From a virus: 64,000 nucleotides of DNA. A program made the translations under genes and the position numbers. The stretch lies in the IMG/VR virus record IMGVR_UViG_3300031227_000013; one strand, 5' to 3'. Below, one piece after another: positions 19,692 through 29,536 of the stretch. How positions within the stretch are numbered: the stretch's first letter is position 1; each line of letters opens with the position of its first letter. The notes beneath the pieces were generated by a model. That model saw only the letters and a list, made by a program, of their open reading frames with translations, did not search any database and was not told the origin of the DNA.

Positions 19692-20776
19692 TAAACACTC
19701 CCGAGTAATTCCTGAAGTTCTGGATCATCTACGGCAGCAGAAACTGTAGGAGCTTCCGTTCCGCCCTTTGTGTTCTTTATAATGTCCGCCTCTTTTGTTT
19801 TCTTAGATTTCTTAACAGGAGAGGTTGTACGCAGTTTCTGCATAGCCACCATTTCTTCTGGACTGAAAGACGTCTCTGATATATTGACAGGGGCATTATG
19901 CATACGAGATACTCTTTCCAGTGTAGCTCTGTATTTCTTAAGGTCCTGAATATTTTTTGAAGCTTCGTCTCCCTGCTCTTTACCTGCCGCATACATAGGT
20001 ACACTGGCACTGGCTCCGAGAATAGCTAGAGAGGTGGGTACTGGGTTATCCAGAACAGTTTTACCGGCTGTTGCCAGCATGCTCTTGAGTCCGGATGTCT
20101 TTAAAATATCCGCTTCCTCTTTTAAAGCAGTCGGCTCTATATTAAATTCACCGAGCATTGACTGTCTGAATTTCTGATTGTATTTAGACCTTAAAGTCTT
20201 GATCTGCTCCATAAGTTCTTTTTTCTTTTCCAGGTCTCTGACTTCTTTTAAATCCTGAAAAGCTTTGTGCCCTATAATACCTGAACCCGCAGCTAGACTA
20301 GCTCCTATAATAGCAGCATTACCTTTGAGACCTGCCTGTTTACCGAAAACATCTTTGTCGGATGAAATATCTGACTGCAGTTCTTTGAGGGACAGATTTG
20401 TTTCAATCTTTTTCTTTTCGTTAAGAGCTTCTTTATTGCCTTTTATCTTATCCTCGAGAGCACTGTAAGCAGCCCCTCCACCTACTCCAACAGCAGTAGC
20501 TCCGGCACTTAACCCACCTATTGTTTTAAGGGATGACACATCTTTCTTATGCCCTGAAAGAATCTGAGCCAGAATAGCTTTCTGTTTCAGATAGTCCGTG
20601 ACGGTCGCACTTCCGGGAACACCTAACTTTTGTGCAGCCTTATACTTCTTATAAGCTTCTTTAAGAGGAACTTTAGCCTCTGAGACTCTCTGTTTAATAT
20701 TACGGATACGTTGTATATAATCAGCTATATCATCGAAAGAAGAAACTATATCGCCTAGGCTTGCTGTCTTATTCAT
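19691..20776 (-). CDS. Hypothetical protein with MNKTA start and Gly/Ala-rich hydrophobic segments
   Basis: 361 aa; KTAS, KQAG and KEAD motifs. Confidence 0.6.
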   Translation of the reverse strand: MNKTASLGDIVSSFDDIADYIQRIRNIKQRVSEAKVPLKEAYKKYKAAQKLGVPGSATVTDYLKQKAILAQILSGHKKDVSSLKTIGGLSAGATAVGVGGGAAYSALEDKIKGNKEALNEKKKIETNLSLKELQSDISSDKDVFGKQAGLKGNAAIIGASLAAGSGIIGHKAFQDLKEVRDLEKKKELMEQIKTLRSKYNQKFRQSMLGEFNIEPTALKEEADILKTSGLKSMLATAGKTVLDNPVPTSLAILGASASVPMYAAGKEQGDEASKNIQDLKKYRATLERVSRMHNAPVNISETSFSPEEMVAMQKLRTTSPVKKSKKTKEADIIKNTKGGTEAPTVSAAVDDPELQELLGSV

Positions 20777-21101
20777 CTTGGATACCTTCCGGGTTTGTAA
20801 ATGACAGGTCCATCCATCTCAGGAGTATCCGCCATGACTTTATATCTTTATCGTATATTTTTTCCTCGAACGAAATTATCGCCACCTCGTCCGCAACCTT
20901 CTGCATAATCTCTTCCCATTCAACCATATCATCGGGAACACTTAAATTAAACTGCCTGACATGCACAGTCTGTACCATAACGGGCTGCTTCTCTTCGGGA
21001 TCTGATTCTTTCCTATCGTATATGACCCCTTCGTAAGGAAGCCCTTCAAATGTATTCGGACCGTATTTCTCTTTAAATCCTGAGGGTTGCGTTGTTTCCA
21101 C
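20769..21101 (-). CDS. Hypothetical protein
   Basis: GTG start with AAGGAG RBS. Confidence 0.6.
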   Translation of the reverse strand: METTQPSGFKEKYGPNTFEGLPYEGVIYDRKESDPEEKQPVMVQTVHVRQFNLSVPDDMVEWEEIMQKVADEVAIISFEEKIYDKDIKSWRILLRWMDLSFTNPEGIQDE

Positions 21102-21381
21102 CTTGACGCTCCTTCATCTGTTCCATCTTTTTACGTTTGTCCAGATCGGATATAGCCTGCTCCAGTTTCTTCCTGACATACTGGGCCTGAATTAATTTAG
21201 TTTCCTGAGAGGATGGTTCCTGTACTTTAGAATGCATTCTACCTGCCAGATAACTGACACCTGCCGGAGCTGCTACAAGTGCTCCTGTATTCGTTAAAGT
21301 TTTCTTTATAAGATCCGTAGCTGATCCCGCTACTTTAGGGATGCCTTCCATATATCCTGTATAAAATGCCATCTTGTCCAT
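21073..21381 (-). CDS. Leader-family protein (MDKMAFYTGYME..PKVA)
   Basis: Shared leader. Confidence 0.65.
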   Translation of the reverse strand: MDKMAFYTGYMEGIPKVAGSATDLIKKTLTNTGALVAAPAGVSYLAGRMHSKVQEPSSQETKLIQAQYVRKKLEQAISDLDKRKKMEQMKERQGGNNATLRI

Positions 21382-21398
21382 TGTATATAATCCTTATA

Positions 21399-22334
21399 TT
21401 ATTGTAAAAACCCTTTAAACTTATTTAATATAGGCCCTGTCAGCCCTGAATTCAATATAGCCCCACCGATCATCCCGTAATTACCCATCTTTGATTTCAT
21501 CGCAGGAGGTTGTGAGAAGATAGTTCCCATTATGTTACCCAGCCCCAATCCGGCTACTGCGCCTACTCCTACCCTTGCCAATCCTTTAGCGATATCCATA
21601 CCGCTTATCATTCCTGAATCTTCGGGGCTGGCATTATCTATTCCTGCCACCAGTCGGGCTGTGAGGTCCGGTCCTAATATAGGAGCCTGTGTCTGTAGAA
21701 GATCCATAGAACTCATTTTAGGAATAGTAGGGTCTCCTATAAATTCTATAGCCCGTACTTTAGGTAATACAAAATCTTTACCAAGAGCAAAATCATTAGG
21801 GTTTCCATACGGAGAGTGTGAAGGTAATCCATAATCAGCAAGCTTCTGTAAAAGATTTTCTACCATGGTAGACTTTTCAATCGTGGTAGACTTTTCAGAA
21901 CTTATCTTAGGAAATCTATCTAAAGGTAGTTTATTGTTGAACAGAGGGGCTGAAAGATCTGATAAACTCCCTGTGTCCTCAAACTTCTTGTATGATCTCT
22001 GAAAAGGTTTGATTGTCTGTGTTAATGGAAGGGCTGCTCCTACCGCTCCGCCTATTCCTGCTAACCAAGGTTCCATCTTATCTCTCCTCTTAATATAATC
22101 CTGCCACGCCTGATTCTGCATCCCCGGATTATCTTTATGTGCTTTACGGATATGCATTCCGGCGAATTTATCCGACAGATATCTGTATCCGTACTTAGTT
22201 CCGAAATATCCAACTGTACCCATAAGCAGAGATCGTACAGCCGGATTGACTGTAGCTTTATTAAAAGCGCCCTGGATATCGGGGAGAGTAAGATCCCCTA
22301 TTCCAGCTTCTTTATTTATAGGTGCATTCTGCAT
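21399..22334 (-). CDS. Hypothetical membrane-associated protein with glycine-zipper segments
   Basis: Likely start MQNAPINKEA at 22334 (TAATG overlap); the ORF-track extension to 22532 overlaps the upstream gene. Confidence 0.6.
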   Translation of the reverse strand: MQNAPINKEAGIGDLTLPDIQGAFNKATVNPAVRSLLMGTVGYFGTKYGYRYLSDKFAGMHIRKAHKDNPGMQNQAWQDYIKRRDKMEPWLAGIGGAVGAALPLTQTIKPFQRSYKKFEDTGSLSDLSAPLFNNKLPLDRFPKISSEKSTTIEKSTMVENLLQKLADYGLPSHSPYGNPNDFALGKDFVLPKVRAIEFIGDPTIPKMSSMDLLQTQAPILGPDLTARLVAGIDNASPEDSGMISGMDIAKGLARVGVGAVAGLGLGNIMGTIFSQPPAMKSKMGNYGMIGGAILNSGLTGPILNKFKGFLQ

Positions 22335-22963
22335 TATCGTATATTCATTTCCTGAGGTGTTCCCTGTTGTAATCCTATCCCTAGTTGATCTCGAGGTATA
22401 TATCCTTTTGTAGGTCCGGCGTAATACATTCCTCCGCCTCCGGGCATATTCTGTCCTTGTGCCTGTCCTTTTCCTCCGCCTCCGAACAACATGGAACCTA
22501 AACCTAATGCTCCTATACCTCCAAGTACCCAAGGCATCGTCTTCAGTATAGTTTCTTTACTGGGAGTCATAGACTTAATTCCGGATTTTATATCACTCTT
22601 AGCTGTATCGAAAGGATGCTGTATATAATTTAAAGTCTTATGAGCCGCCTCTGGACTCATAACAGAAGTCATTCCTTTTCCTAAAACAGTACCTGCGGCA
22701 TTTATAGTATTACGCGGTAGATTGGCAACGTTATCTGCATATCCCTGCGCTGTATTATTCGCAAAACCGGCGACACTGCCTGGTTTTGTATATGCCCCTC
22801 CGGAGTAATCTGTAACCTTACCACTGGGACGCATAGAAAATTGTGCTCCTGACTCCGCCTGCTTCTGCAGACCTGCAGTATATGCTTTAATAAAAGCAGA
22901 CTTCCGCATAGCGGGATAATCCGACTTAACTCCGTATCCTAATAGAAAAGCTTCTTTATTCAT
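22334..22963 (-). CDS. Leader-family protein (MNKEAFLLGY), Gly-rich with one TM segment
   Basis: Leader variant; internal RKSAF and QKQA motifs. Confidence 0.6.
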   Translation of the reverse strand: MNKEAFLLGYGVKSDYPAMRKSAFIKAYTAGLQKQAESGAQFSMRPSGKVTDYSGGAYTKPGSVAGFANNTAQGYADNVANLPRNTINAAGTVLGKGMTSVMSPEAAHKTLNYIQHPFDTAKSDIKSGIKSMTPSKETILKTMPWVLGGIGALGLGSMLFGGGGKGQAQGQNMPGGGGMYYAGPTKGYIPRDQLGIGLQQGTPQEMNIR

Positions 22964-22967
22964 TATA

Positions 22968-24860
22968 TTATACTCCGCCTGGAGGGATTTGTCCCTGCCT
23001 GGTTAGATTGACTCCGGTCTGAGCAGCCTGTTGTTCAAGCTCCTTAAGTTTAGATGTCACCATAGCATGGAGAGCATCGTCCGAATGTTTAAGATTAACC
23101 AACTCACTTCTTCGTGTAGTCGGATCCATTGTTAATATTTGCTGAGCGATCTGTTCTGCCTGTATCGCCATTTCATCTAGAGACTGAGGTCCACCCATAG
23201 GGGTAGGTCCTGCTCCCATAGGCATAGCTCCACCCATCTGGGATTCACCTGGCATCGGCATAGACATCCCACCCGGAGCCGGTCCACCCATAGAAGCCAT
23301 ATCCATCGGCATTCCCGGAGGAGGCATTCCACCCATTCCACCCGGTGCAGGTGCGGGCTGATCCATCATAGCCTGCCCCTCTTGATCTTTACCTGTACTT
23401 CTGGCAAGATCTGCAGCCTTCTCGTCGAACATCTGCTGTTCCAGAAGAATCTTATCGACTTCGTATTCGTAATCGATATTGAAAGCACTGAGGGCTGTCT
23501 GATTGGATACTTTGTTAGCACCCAGTAAATTTAGTTTGGTCTGTCTGACAAGATCATCTTCCAATACTGATGTTCTGGTAAGTTCTGCTCCAAGATCCTC
23601 CCACATCAGATGTTTACTGCATTGTCCCATCATCCAGTCCAGCCAGTTATTCATCTGCGAGATAAAATGTATCCAAGTTCTTTCGAACATTCTGAGACCT
23701 ATTGGAGGTCCTCCCTGTACAAGGTTACCTGAATAGAATTCCTGAGGTATCCCCATTGAATTAAGAAGTTCGTCCAGAGCAAGCTGAAGAAGTTCTGTAG
23801 GTGCCAGATTCTTAGCCTCTCCACCCAGAGCCTGATATTCCACAGGGTATGGGATCGAGTGTATAGCTGTAGGATCCTTGCGATGCTGTTTTATCATCCC
23901 TTCGACAGAACGCATGAAGCGTCCGCTGTCGATAGTCAATAAAGGGTCGTTACCCGGGCCACTGCCTTTACGGGTACCCGGAGAAATAAATCTAAAAGGA
24001 ACGATCATATCCATGGCGATGGCTTCGTTGTACTTAGTAAGCATCTGCAGATGGATGACCTGTTCGAAATTGGAAAGGAACGGAGGAAGTCCCCAGCCGT
24101 TCATCTTTGTAGTAAGAGAAGCTGCGGCCTCGCATTTGATATGATAGATCTCGCCCTTCTTGAACATAAACTTTTCGTCTTTAGCGATAGCATCCAGTAT
24201 CTCCCATGGAGTATGTTCCAGATACATCTTATTACCGCTTGTAATGTATCCTCTGACCTTACTCTGCGGTTCGTAGTAATATCTGGTCTCTCCGCTGATA
24301 TCGTGGTACTCCAACTCTATTGATCGTGGGTTCCAGCGGGTTATTCTGAGGTCGTCCTGTTCGTTAGGTATATCCTTGACAAGGAACTTACCCTTCTTAT
24401 TACACTTAGGGCAGGGGCCTTCGAAGCCGAAATCAGCCCACTCGTACTTTACCTGCTCTATAGGATGCATTGTCTTACAGTTTTTACATATAAGATTACG
24501 ATTGAAAGGTCTGTATACAGAAGTGAATGAATTACCGTATGCCATGAGATCGTCCCCCATAAGGGACATGACATCCAGAATGTGTAGATTGTCTGTAAGG
24601 AACTCCGCATACTTCTTCTTGATATTAAAATCGGAAGTACCTGTTATCTCTACTTTTGTAATGAAGTAGCGAACAGCCCGCTGGATGGCTTTGGAATATA
24701 CTCCCTGATGGAGCCATAGATATTCCGCCCAGTTGAATACTTCTTTTAGATTCCTCGGGTAATGAGCTCTGGCATATGTAGCGAAAGGACTGCCGAAGTC
24801 TTTCTGTCCGATAATATCCTGTGTAAGACTGAAAGGATTGGATTGTGAATAGTTAGCCAT
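22968..24860 (-). CDS. Putative portal protein with Zn-ribbon insertion and P/M/G-rich tail
   Basis: 630 aa; DLMAYGNSF portal-like motif; CKNC...CPKC; located in the head gene cluster. Confidence 0.55.
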   Translation of the reverse strand: MANYSQSNPFSLTQDIIGQKDFGSPFATYARAHYPRNLKEVFNWAEYLWLHQGVYSKAIQRAVRYFITKVEITGTSDFNIKKKYAEFLTDNLHILDVMSLMGDDLMAYGNSFTSVYRPFNRNLICKNCKTMHPIEQVKYEWADFGFEGPCPKCNKKGKFLVKDIPNEQDDLRITRWNPRSIELEYHDISGETRYYYEPQSKVRGYITSGNKMYLEHTPWEILDAIAKDEKFMFKKGEIYHIKCEAAASLTTKMNGWGLPPFLSNFEQVIHLQMLTKYNEAIAMDMIVPFRFISPGTRKGSGPGNDPLLTIDSGRFMRSVEGMIKQHRKDPTAIHSIPYPVEYQALGGEAKNLAPTELLQLALDELLNSMGIPQEFYSGNLVQGGPPIGLRMFERTWIHFISQMNNWLDWMMGQCSKHLMWEDLGAELTRTSVLEDDLVRQTKLNLLGANKVSNQTALSAFNIDYEYEVDKILLEQQMFDEKAADLARSTGKDQEGQAMMDQPAPAPGGMGGMPPPGMPMDMASMGGPAPGGMSMPMPGESQMGGAMPMGAGPTPMGGPQSLDEMAIQAEQIAQQILTMDPTTRRSELVNLKHSDDALHAMVTSKLKELEQQAAQTGVNLTRQGQIPPGGV

Positions 24861-25081
24861 TATAGTCCCTCTTTGATGATAGATGCGGCTGTGTCTATAC
24901 AGGATCTTAAAGTATCCGGCAGTTCAACAGCTTCGGAGGCAGTCTTCATCTCTCTCTTGTTATAAGATAAAAGTTCCTTACAGAGGGAACAGTAGTCTGT
25001 CCCGTCTGCGACGGTATTACTACAATGCAGACATACTCTGCGTTCATCGTTCTCTTTAGCTATCATTTTTTCCATCCACAA
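24860..25081 (-). CDS. Small Zn-finger protein
   Basis: CLHC...CSLC; KTAS motif. Confidence 0.55.
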   Translation of the reverse strand: MWMEKMIAKENDERRVCLHCSNTVADGTDYCSLCKELLSYNKREMKTASEAVELPDTLRSCIDTAASIIKEGL

Positions 25082-25718
25082 GTAAAACTGTTACTTTCTT
25101 AGTTGTATCCGGGAACATAAAAGATATTCCAACCGAATACGCTCTTACTGTATTATTGTCGAACTCGACATCAAAACCTACATCGTTCCGCGGCGGGCTG
25201 TATAGCATAACCGATCCATCTGTTTCCGCTATCAGAACAAGTGTTATTCCGGAAAAGAATACTTTCTCGTACGGCACTGTCGTTTCTCCGAAATCTCCCG
25301 AGAATGTCACCATCGTTACAGGAACATACTTCTCTACCGGTATATCTTTCTTCTTAGACGTTCTCTTTCTCTTCTTAGTGACAGGCTCTTCTACAACAGC
25401 CTCTGTTGGAGAAAGAATCTCCTCCGCCTCGTGGACACCTCTATCAGGAGCAGTAGAGCTATCCGGCGGAGGAGATAAAAAATTAACCTCTGGAACAGTG
25501 TCTTCTCCTGTCTTCTCGACTCCGTCCTTATCCATATTAAATTTCTGTACTGTTACTTCGGGATACTTCATATATTCTCCCGGGCCTCCAAATCCTCCGA
25601 GGCCTGATGTTTCCGGAAGTACTGTACGTCCCATATCCCCTGATTCATATTTTCCAGGGGTACTGGACTGCTCTTTGAACACACCGCTCCTGTTAGTCTG
25701 TACAAAATCTCCTGACAT
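25056..25718 (-). CDS. Hypothetical protein
   Basis: 220 aa ORF with AGGAGA RBS. Confidence 0.6.
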   Translation of the reverse strand: MSGDFVQTNRSGVFKEQSSTPGKYESGDMGRTVLPETSGLGGFGGPGEYMKYPEVTVQKFNMDKDGVEKTGEDTVPEVNFLSPPPDSSTAPDRGVHEAEEILSPTEAVVEEPVTKKRKRTSKKKDIPVEKYVPVTMVTFSGDFGETTVPYEKVFFSGITLVLIAETDGSVMLYSPPRNDVGFDVEFDNNTVRAYSVGISFMFPDTTKKVTVLLVDGKNDS

Positions 25719-25736
25719 ATTAATCTCCTGTTATTT

Positions 25737-26258
25737 TTAGTACTTCTTCAATTCCCATGGATTAGGTTTAAAGTTAGCCTCTCCTATATCAAAATCTATA
25801 GGCCCATCTGTACTTGCTCTGAATCTATTTTGATATGAAGGTTCATCTTTATATTGTCTGTTAGGTAGCATATCCAGAGGTCTCTGACGGGGATTAAAAG
25901 CTCCATACTGCTGATTAGCGTCTGGGGCTTTAGTCTTACCTGCTATAAGTTTATTGATCCATTTGTACATCTCAGGGCTGTAGAATCCACCGAGACCGCC
26001 TAAACCTGCTCCAGCCAAGGCTCCCTTCATTCCGCCCATAGCGTAACCACCGAGACCACCTGCTACTGCGCCTCCAGCTCCTAGAAGCATCTTCTTGTAT
26101 TTAGGATCGGCCCATATCTTCTCTAGAAACTTCATATCCAGAGCCAGCTTTTCTGTAGCTTCTTTATCGAGTGCCCCGGGTTCCCCATAGTGCTCTCTGT
26201 ATATAACTAGAGCTTCTTTAGGGTTGTGGTATGCGAAGTAAAACGCTGTCTTATTCAT
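25737..26258 (-). CDS. Leader-family protein (MNKTAFYFAY..PKEA) with glycine zipper
   Basis: Leader variant; GAGGAVAGGLGG segment. Confidence 0.65.
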   Translation of the reverse strand: MNKTAFYFAYHNPKEALVIYREHYGEPGALDKEATEKLALDMKFLEKIWADPKYKKMLLGAGGAVAGGLGGYAMGGMKGALAGAGLGGLGGFYSPEMYKWINKLIAGKTKAPDANQQYGAFNPRQRPLDMLPNRQYKDEPSYQNRFRASTDGPIDFDIGEANFKPNPWELKKY

Positions 26259-26415
26259 CTTTTATATCCTTTATAGTAGTATCATTGTAATAAGGCATTG
26301 TCGGTAAAGTGCCTTCTTCGAACTGTCTTAGTATCTCCAGAGCTTCCTCTGGTAATTCGAACAGACTATACGGGTCTTTCGGTATAGTCTGTTTAGCTAT
26401 CTTTTCTTCAGACAT
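26251..26415 (-). CDS. Small hypothetical protein (54 aa)
   Basis: Translated by hand: MSEEKIAKQTIPKDPYSLFELPEEALEILRQFEEG...; TAATG overlap with the upstream gene. Confidence 0.5.
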   Translation of the reverse strand: MSEEKIAKQTIPKDPYSLFELPEEALEILRQFEEGTLPTMPYYNDTTIKDIKDE

Positions 26416-26915
26416 TATTTCTTTTCAGCATCTATGCTTTTCTTAACAGCGTATCCGACACCTGCAGCTGGAGCTGCTACTGCTGTACCACCTACCAGTT
26501 GTCTAATTAACTTGTCTTTATTAAATTTCTTAGGTTCGGCAGATACAGCTTTAGTTTTATTTAATTTATCAAGTACAATCTTTAAATCATTTTTAACTGC
26601 ATTAGCGGCTCCCCTTCCAACAGCTATAGGAGCATCTATCAATGCTTTCTTAGTTCCTTGGACTGCTGCATTGACTCCCTTACCTACCTGTTTTCCACTA
26701 TTCAAAGCTAACTTCCCACTTTTGAGAGCTCCTTTACCCGCTAATTTCCCACTTTTTAAGCCTAGTTTCCCGCCTCCTATAATAGCGCCCCCCAGCCCTT
26801 CCAATGCCAGACCTCCAGCCTTAAAAGGAATTTTAGCGACATCTGTAATGAGTCCAGATTCTTTGGTAAGGTTATCAAGCTCCATATATCCCGTATAAAA
26901 TGCTATCTTATCCAT
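26415..26915 (-). CDS. Leader-family protein (MDKIAFYTGYME), K/G/A-rich
   Basis: Shared leader. Confidence 0.65.
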   Translation of the reverse strand: MDKIAFYTGYMELDNLTKESGLITDVAKIPFKAGGLALEGLGGAIIGGGKLGLKSGKLAGKGALKSGKLALNSGKQVGKGVNAAVQGTKKALIDAPIAVGRGAANAVKNDLKIVLDKLNKTKAVSAEPKKFNKDKLIRQLVGGTAVAAPAAGVGYAVKKSIDAEKK

Positions 26916-27229
26916 TATTTATCCTTATCTTTCTTCTTCCCTTTAGTTGCCTGAGCAATACCTGCACCAGCTGCTACTACTCCTGCACCAGTACCATATC
27001 TAACTAACTTCTGCATGTCTTCTGCATTAGCTACATCTGCACCTGCTTGTGTTAAAACAGGCGGGGGCACATATCTTCCTGTAACGGCCTTAATCTTTTC
27101 TAGAGCTTCTCTCAATTTATTAACGTTAGCATTGCCCATATGTTTTGCATAGCTTTTAGCCATCTGTATAGGCCCGGCTTCTTTTTCGATGACATCCATA
27201 TATCCTGTGTAAAATGCTATCTTATTCAT
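26915..27229 (-). CDS. Leader-family protein (MNKIAFYTGYMDVIEKEA)
   Basis: Shared leader. Confidence 0.65.
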   Translation of the reverse strand: MNKIAFYTGYMDVIEKEAGPIQMAKSYAKHMGNANVNKLREALEKIKAVTGRYVPPPVLTQAGADVANAEDMQKLVRYGTGAGVVAAGAGIAQATKGKKKDKDK

Positions 27230-27325
27230 TTCTTATCCTTTAAATTTAATAATTGCTGTTGATATAATATACCTGTTAATTTATTCGTATACAATATTTA
27301 TTGTGTTACAGTTAAAAGAAAGTCG

Positions 27326-27499
27326 TTAAACTTTCTTTTTATAGATTCTTCTGTACTTATCAAGTATCTCTTTTACTTTCGGATCGTAAGGGCAGGGCTG
27401 TCCCGTCAGTTGTCTACGTCCTTTATCGCTTACAGATTTAACAGCAGATCCTTTGTAAGGGCCTGTTCCGTCTCTAACTCCTCGTATTGCATTACTCAT
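27326..27499 (-). CDS. Small basic protein with RDGTGP motif (57 aa)
   Basis: Translated by hand: MSNAIRGVRDGTGPYKGSAVK...; AAAGGT RBS. Confidence 0.5.
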   Translation of the reverse strand: MSNAIRGVRDGTGPYKGSAVKSVSDKGRRQLTGQPCPYDPKVKEILDKYRRIYKKKV

Positions 27500-27514
27500 T
27501 TTCTTACCTTTAGT

Positions 27515-27540
27515 TAAAAGAAGGGGTTATACCCCTTCTG
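27515..27540 (-). terminator. Intrinsic terminator ending the 27542-28999 cassette
   Basis: AGAAGGGG-TATAA-CCCCTTCT followed by TTTAACT. Confidence 0.8.
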
Positions 27541-27541
27541 T

Positions 27542-28501
27542 TTATTTATCTCTGGACATATACTTCGATGCTTCTTTCAAATTATCGAAGTATACAGCCC
27601 CATTATTCTTCACCATAGTAGCTACAGCCCCAAGAGACTTCAACTGACCCTCTGTGAACTTCCGGTCACCATCCTCTGTTAATATTACCAGAACTGTTCT
27701 GTCGGGACGTTTGTTGCTGTCATCAACTACTTCAGCAACAGCATAAGAACCTGTCATCTTAGGAGTTATTGTATACAAGCAGTAGTCACATATTTCTCTC
27801 TGCTTCAATTCCTCCCGCATACATTCAAGTGTCCCGTCGTCTTCGACCACCGGATTATAATAATCCAGCCCGTCCTCACTAAGATGTATCATCATTCTAT
27901 TCCGCCAGGTACTTTCGTTACAAGTACCTCCTAGAAATACATGCTTCTTAACATGTACTACAGCCCCGGCACCTATTATAACTCCGGCACCTACTTCAGC
28001 CCCTTCCTGTATTATAGCTCCTATACCTATTTCAGCCTTCTTACCTATTATAGCTTTGGAATGTACTACAGCCCTAGCTATTATAACTCCCTCGTGTACG
28101 ACAGCTCCGTCACCTACTATAGTCTCCGCAAGTATTTCAGACCCCGCACCTATTTTAGCCTCTGCGTATATTTTAGACTTAGCATTTATTATAGCTCCGT
28201 CACCTACTATAGCTCCGGTACCTACTATAGCTCCGGTATATATTATAGCCCCGTTACATATTTTAGCCTCAGAAGCTATTTCAGCCCCCGCATACACTAT
28301 AGCCCCTTTACATATTTTAGCTTTAGAATGTATTATAGCTTTAGAATGTATTATAGTATGAGCGCCTATCTCAACCCCTTCATGTATTTCAGCTCCTTCT
28401 TCTATCAGGGCTGTTTTATGTATTATAGCTCCTTTGTATATTCTTCTAGCTTCCTCTATTGGTAGAATCATATTTTCTCCTTTCATATTCTCAATTAACA
28501 A
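27542..28501 (-). CDS. Hexapeptide-repeat (left-handed beta-helix) protein fused to a nucleoside 2-deoxyribosyltransferase-like domain
   Basis: More than 20 [IV]xxxAx hexapeptides, then HVFLGGTCNESTWR...YYNPV...GSYAVAE (Nuc_deoxyri_tr2-like). Confidence 0.7.
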   Translation of the reverse strand: MLIENMKGENMILPIEEARRIYKGAIIHKTALIEEGAEIHEGVEIGAHTIIHSKAIIHSKAKICKGAIVYAGAEIASEAKICNGAIIYTGAIVGTGAIVGDGAIINAKSKIYAEAKIGAGSEILAETIVGDGAVVHEGVIIARAVVHSKAIIGKKAEIGIGAIIQEGAEVGAGVIIGAGAVVHVKKHVFLGGTCNESTWRNRMMIHLSEDGLDYYNPVVEDDGTLECMREELKQREICDYCLYTITPKMTGSYAVAEVVDDSNKRPDRTVLVILTEDGDRKFTEGQLKSLGAVATMVKNNGAVYFDNLKEASKYMSRDK

Positions 28502-28761
28502 ACAGATGCGTTAACAACACATTGTACCGGAGTTTCTTCGAGCTCGATAAGCTCTATATGTCCATTACACATATACACGGTACCGCATCCCATGCACTTT
28601 ACGTTATAAGCAAAATCGGCGTCTATATGACAAGAAGCGCCGCATTTACAATGGATATCCATACAGACATCTGTACCTTTCCATTGTATCCAACCGTGTG
28701 GCTTATCTTTGTACATCTCCTGCATATCCCATGCTTCTTTAGCATTCTTTGCTTTCTTCAT
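28495..28761 (-). CDS. Small Cys-rich (probable Zn-binding) protein
   Basis: WIQWKGTDVCMDIHCKCG...KCMGCG. Confidence 0.6.
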   Translation of the reverse strand: MKKAKNAKEAWDMQEMYKDKPHGWIQWKGTDVCMDIHCKCGASCHIDADFAYNVKCMGCGTVYMCNGHIELIELEETPVQCVVNASVC

Positions 28762-28999
28762 AATCCCTCTCCTTTATAAGTTTTTTGTTGCATTCTACAC
28801 TATAATCGAAACTTTTAATGTTAATTGAAAAACTACAATCTTTAAAAGTATATATGCGTCCCTCAGTTTCTATTTTAATAGTATTGAGTATTCCGCTAAA
28901 TTCGGCAAATGTAAGAGATTCACAAGAACTTCCCGGTTCAAATGATATCATTTTCCCAGCTACTTCTGTATCATTTCCTATCTTTAATTTATCTTTCAT
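28739..28999 (-). CDS. Hypothetical protein (first gene of accessory cassette)
   Basis: AAAGGAGGAG RBS downstream of the conserved promoter. Confidence 0.6.
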   Translation of the reverse strand: MKDKLKIGNDTEVAGKMISFEPGSSCESLTFAEFSGILNTIKIETEGRIYTFKDCSFSINIKSFDYSVECNKKLIKERDYEESKEC

Positions 29000-29033
29000 A
29001 CTCCTCCTTTAAATTAGAGTTATATATTTCTAG

Positions 29034-29065
29034 TATATAATGCCAATAAAAGGAGATTAATTAAG
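29034..29065 (-). promoter_or_regulatory. Conserved promoter (CTTAAT-N17-CATTAT)
   Basis: 32 nt identical to 13051..13082. Confidence 0.75.
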
Positions 29066-29536
29066 CTTCTCCTGTGTTATCTTGCTCTGCTTGTTCTTAG
29101 GAAGTTTCTTCTCGATACGGAAGCTTAGAAGCTTTCGACCGTTGACTGTGGGCTGTCCCAGTTCGTCTGTCCCTATATCTTTAACTTCCATCCGTTTGTT
29201 CTTGAACCTTCCGCCTAAAAGAATATCTCCTTTATTTATATCCAGGTCCAAAGCAGTCTTACCTATATATCCCATGTAGTATGCTGTCTTGTGCATAGAT
29301 CCTATCTTTCTGAGTTTGGATAAAGCGTCTGTATCGAATCCTACTGTAGTCTCCGCAAGATACTTGAGTCCTTCTCTGGTCTTGAAGAAGTCGTAGGGTA
29401 TAACAGCCCTAAGAGCCTCTTTAGCTTTACGAGCCTTAGCACTCCTACTCTGCAGCTGGGACATAGTAAGTCCCGTAGCTCTGGCATAGTCGTGTATGTT
29501 TCCTGCGAAGTTACGGAAGGAGGCTGTCTTGTTCAT
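29057..29536 (-). CDS. Protein with N-terminal MNKTA and an internal second leader (MHKTAYYMGYIGKTA)
   Basis: The internal leader precedes the domain DINKGDILLGGRFKNKRMEVKDIGTDELGQPTVNG. Confidence 0.65.
   Translation of the reverse strand: MNKTASFRNFAGNIHDYARATGLTMSQLQSRSAKARKAKEALRAVIPYDFFKTREGLKYLAETTVGFDTDALSKLRKIGSMHKTAYYMGYIGKTALDLDINKGDILLGGRFKNKRMEVKDIGTDELGQPTVNGRKLLSFRIEKKLPKNKQSKITQEKLN

Noticed and set aside
27941-28465. Plus-strand Tyr/Ser-rich ORF
   Set aside because: It is the antisense shadow of the 18-nt periodic hexapeptide-repeat gene
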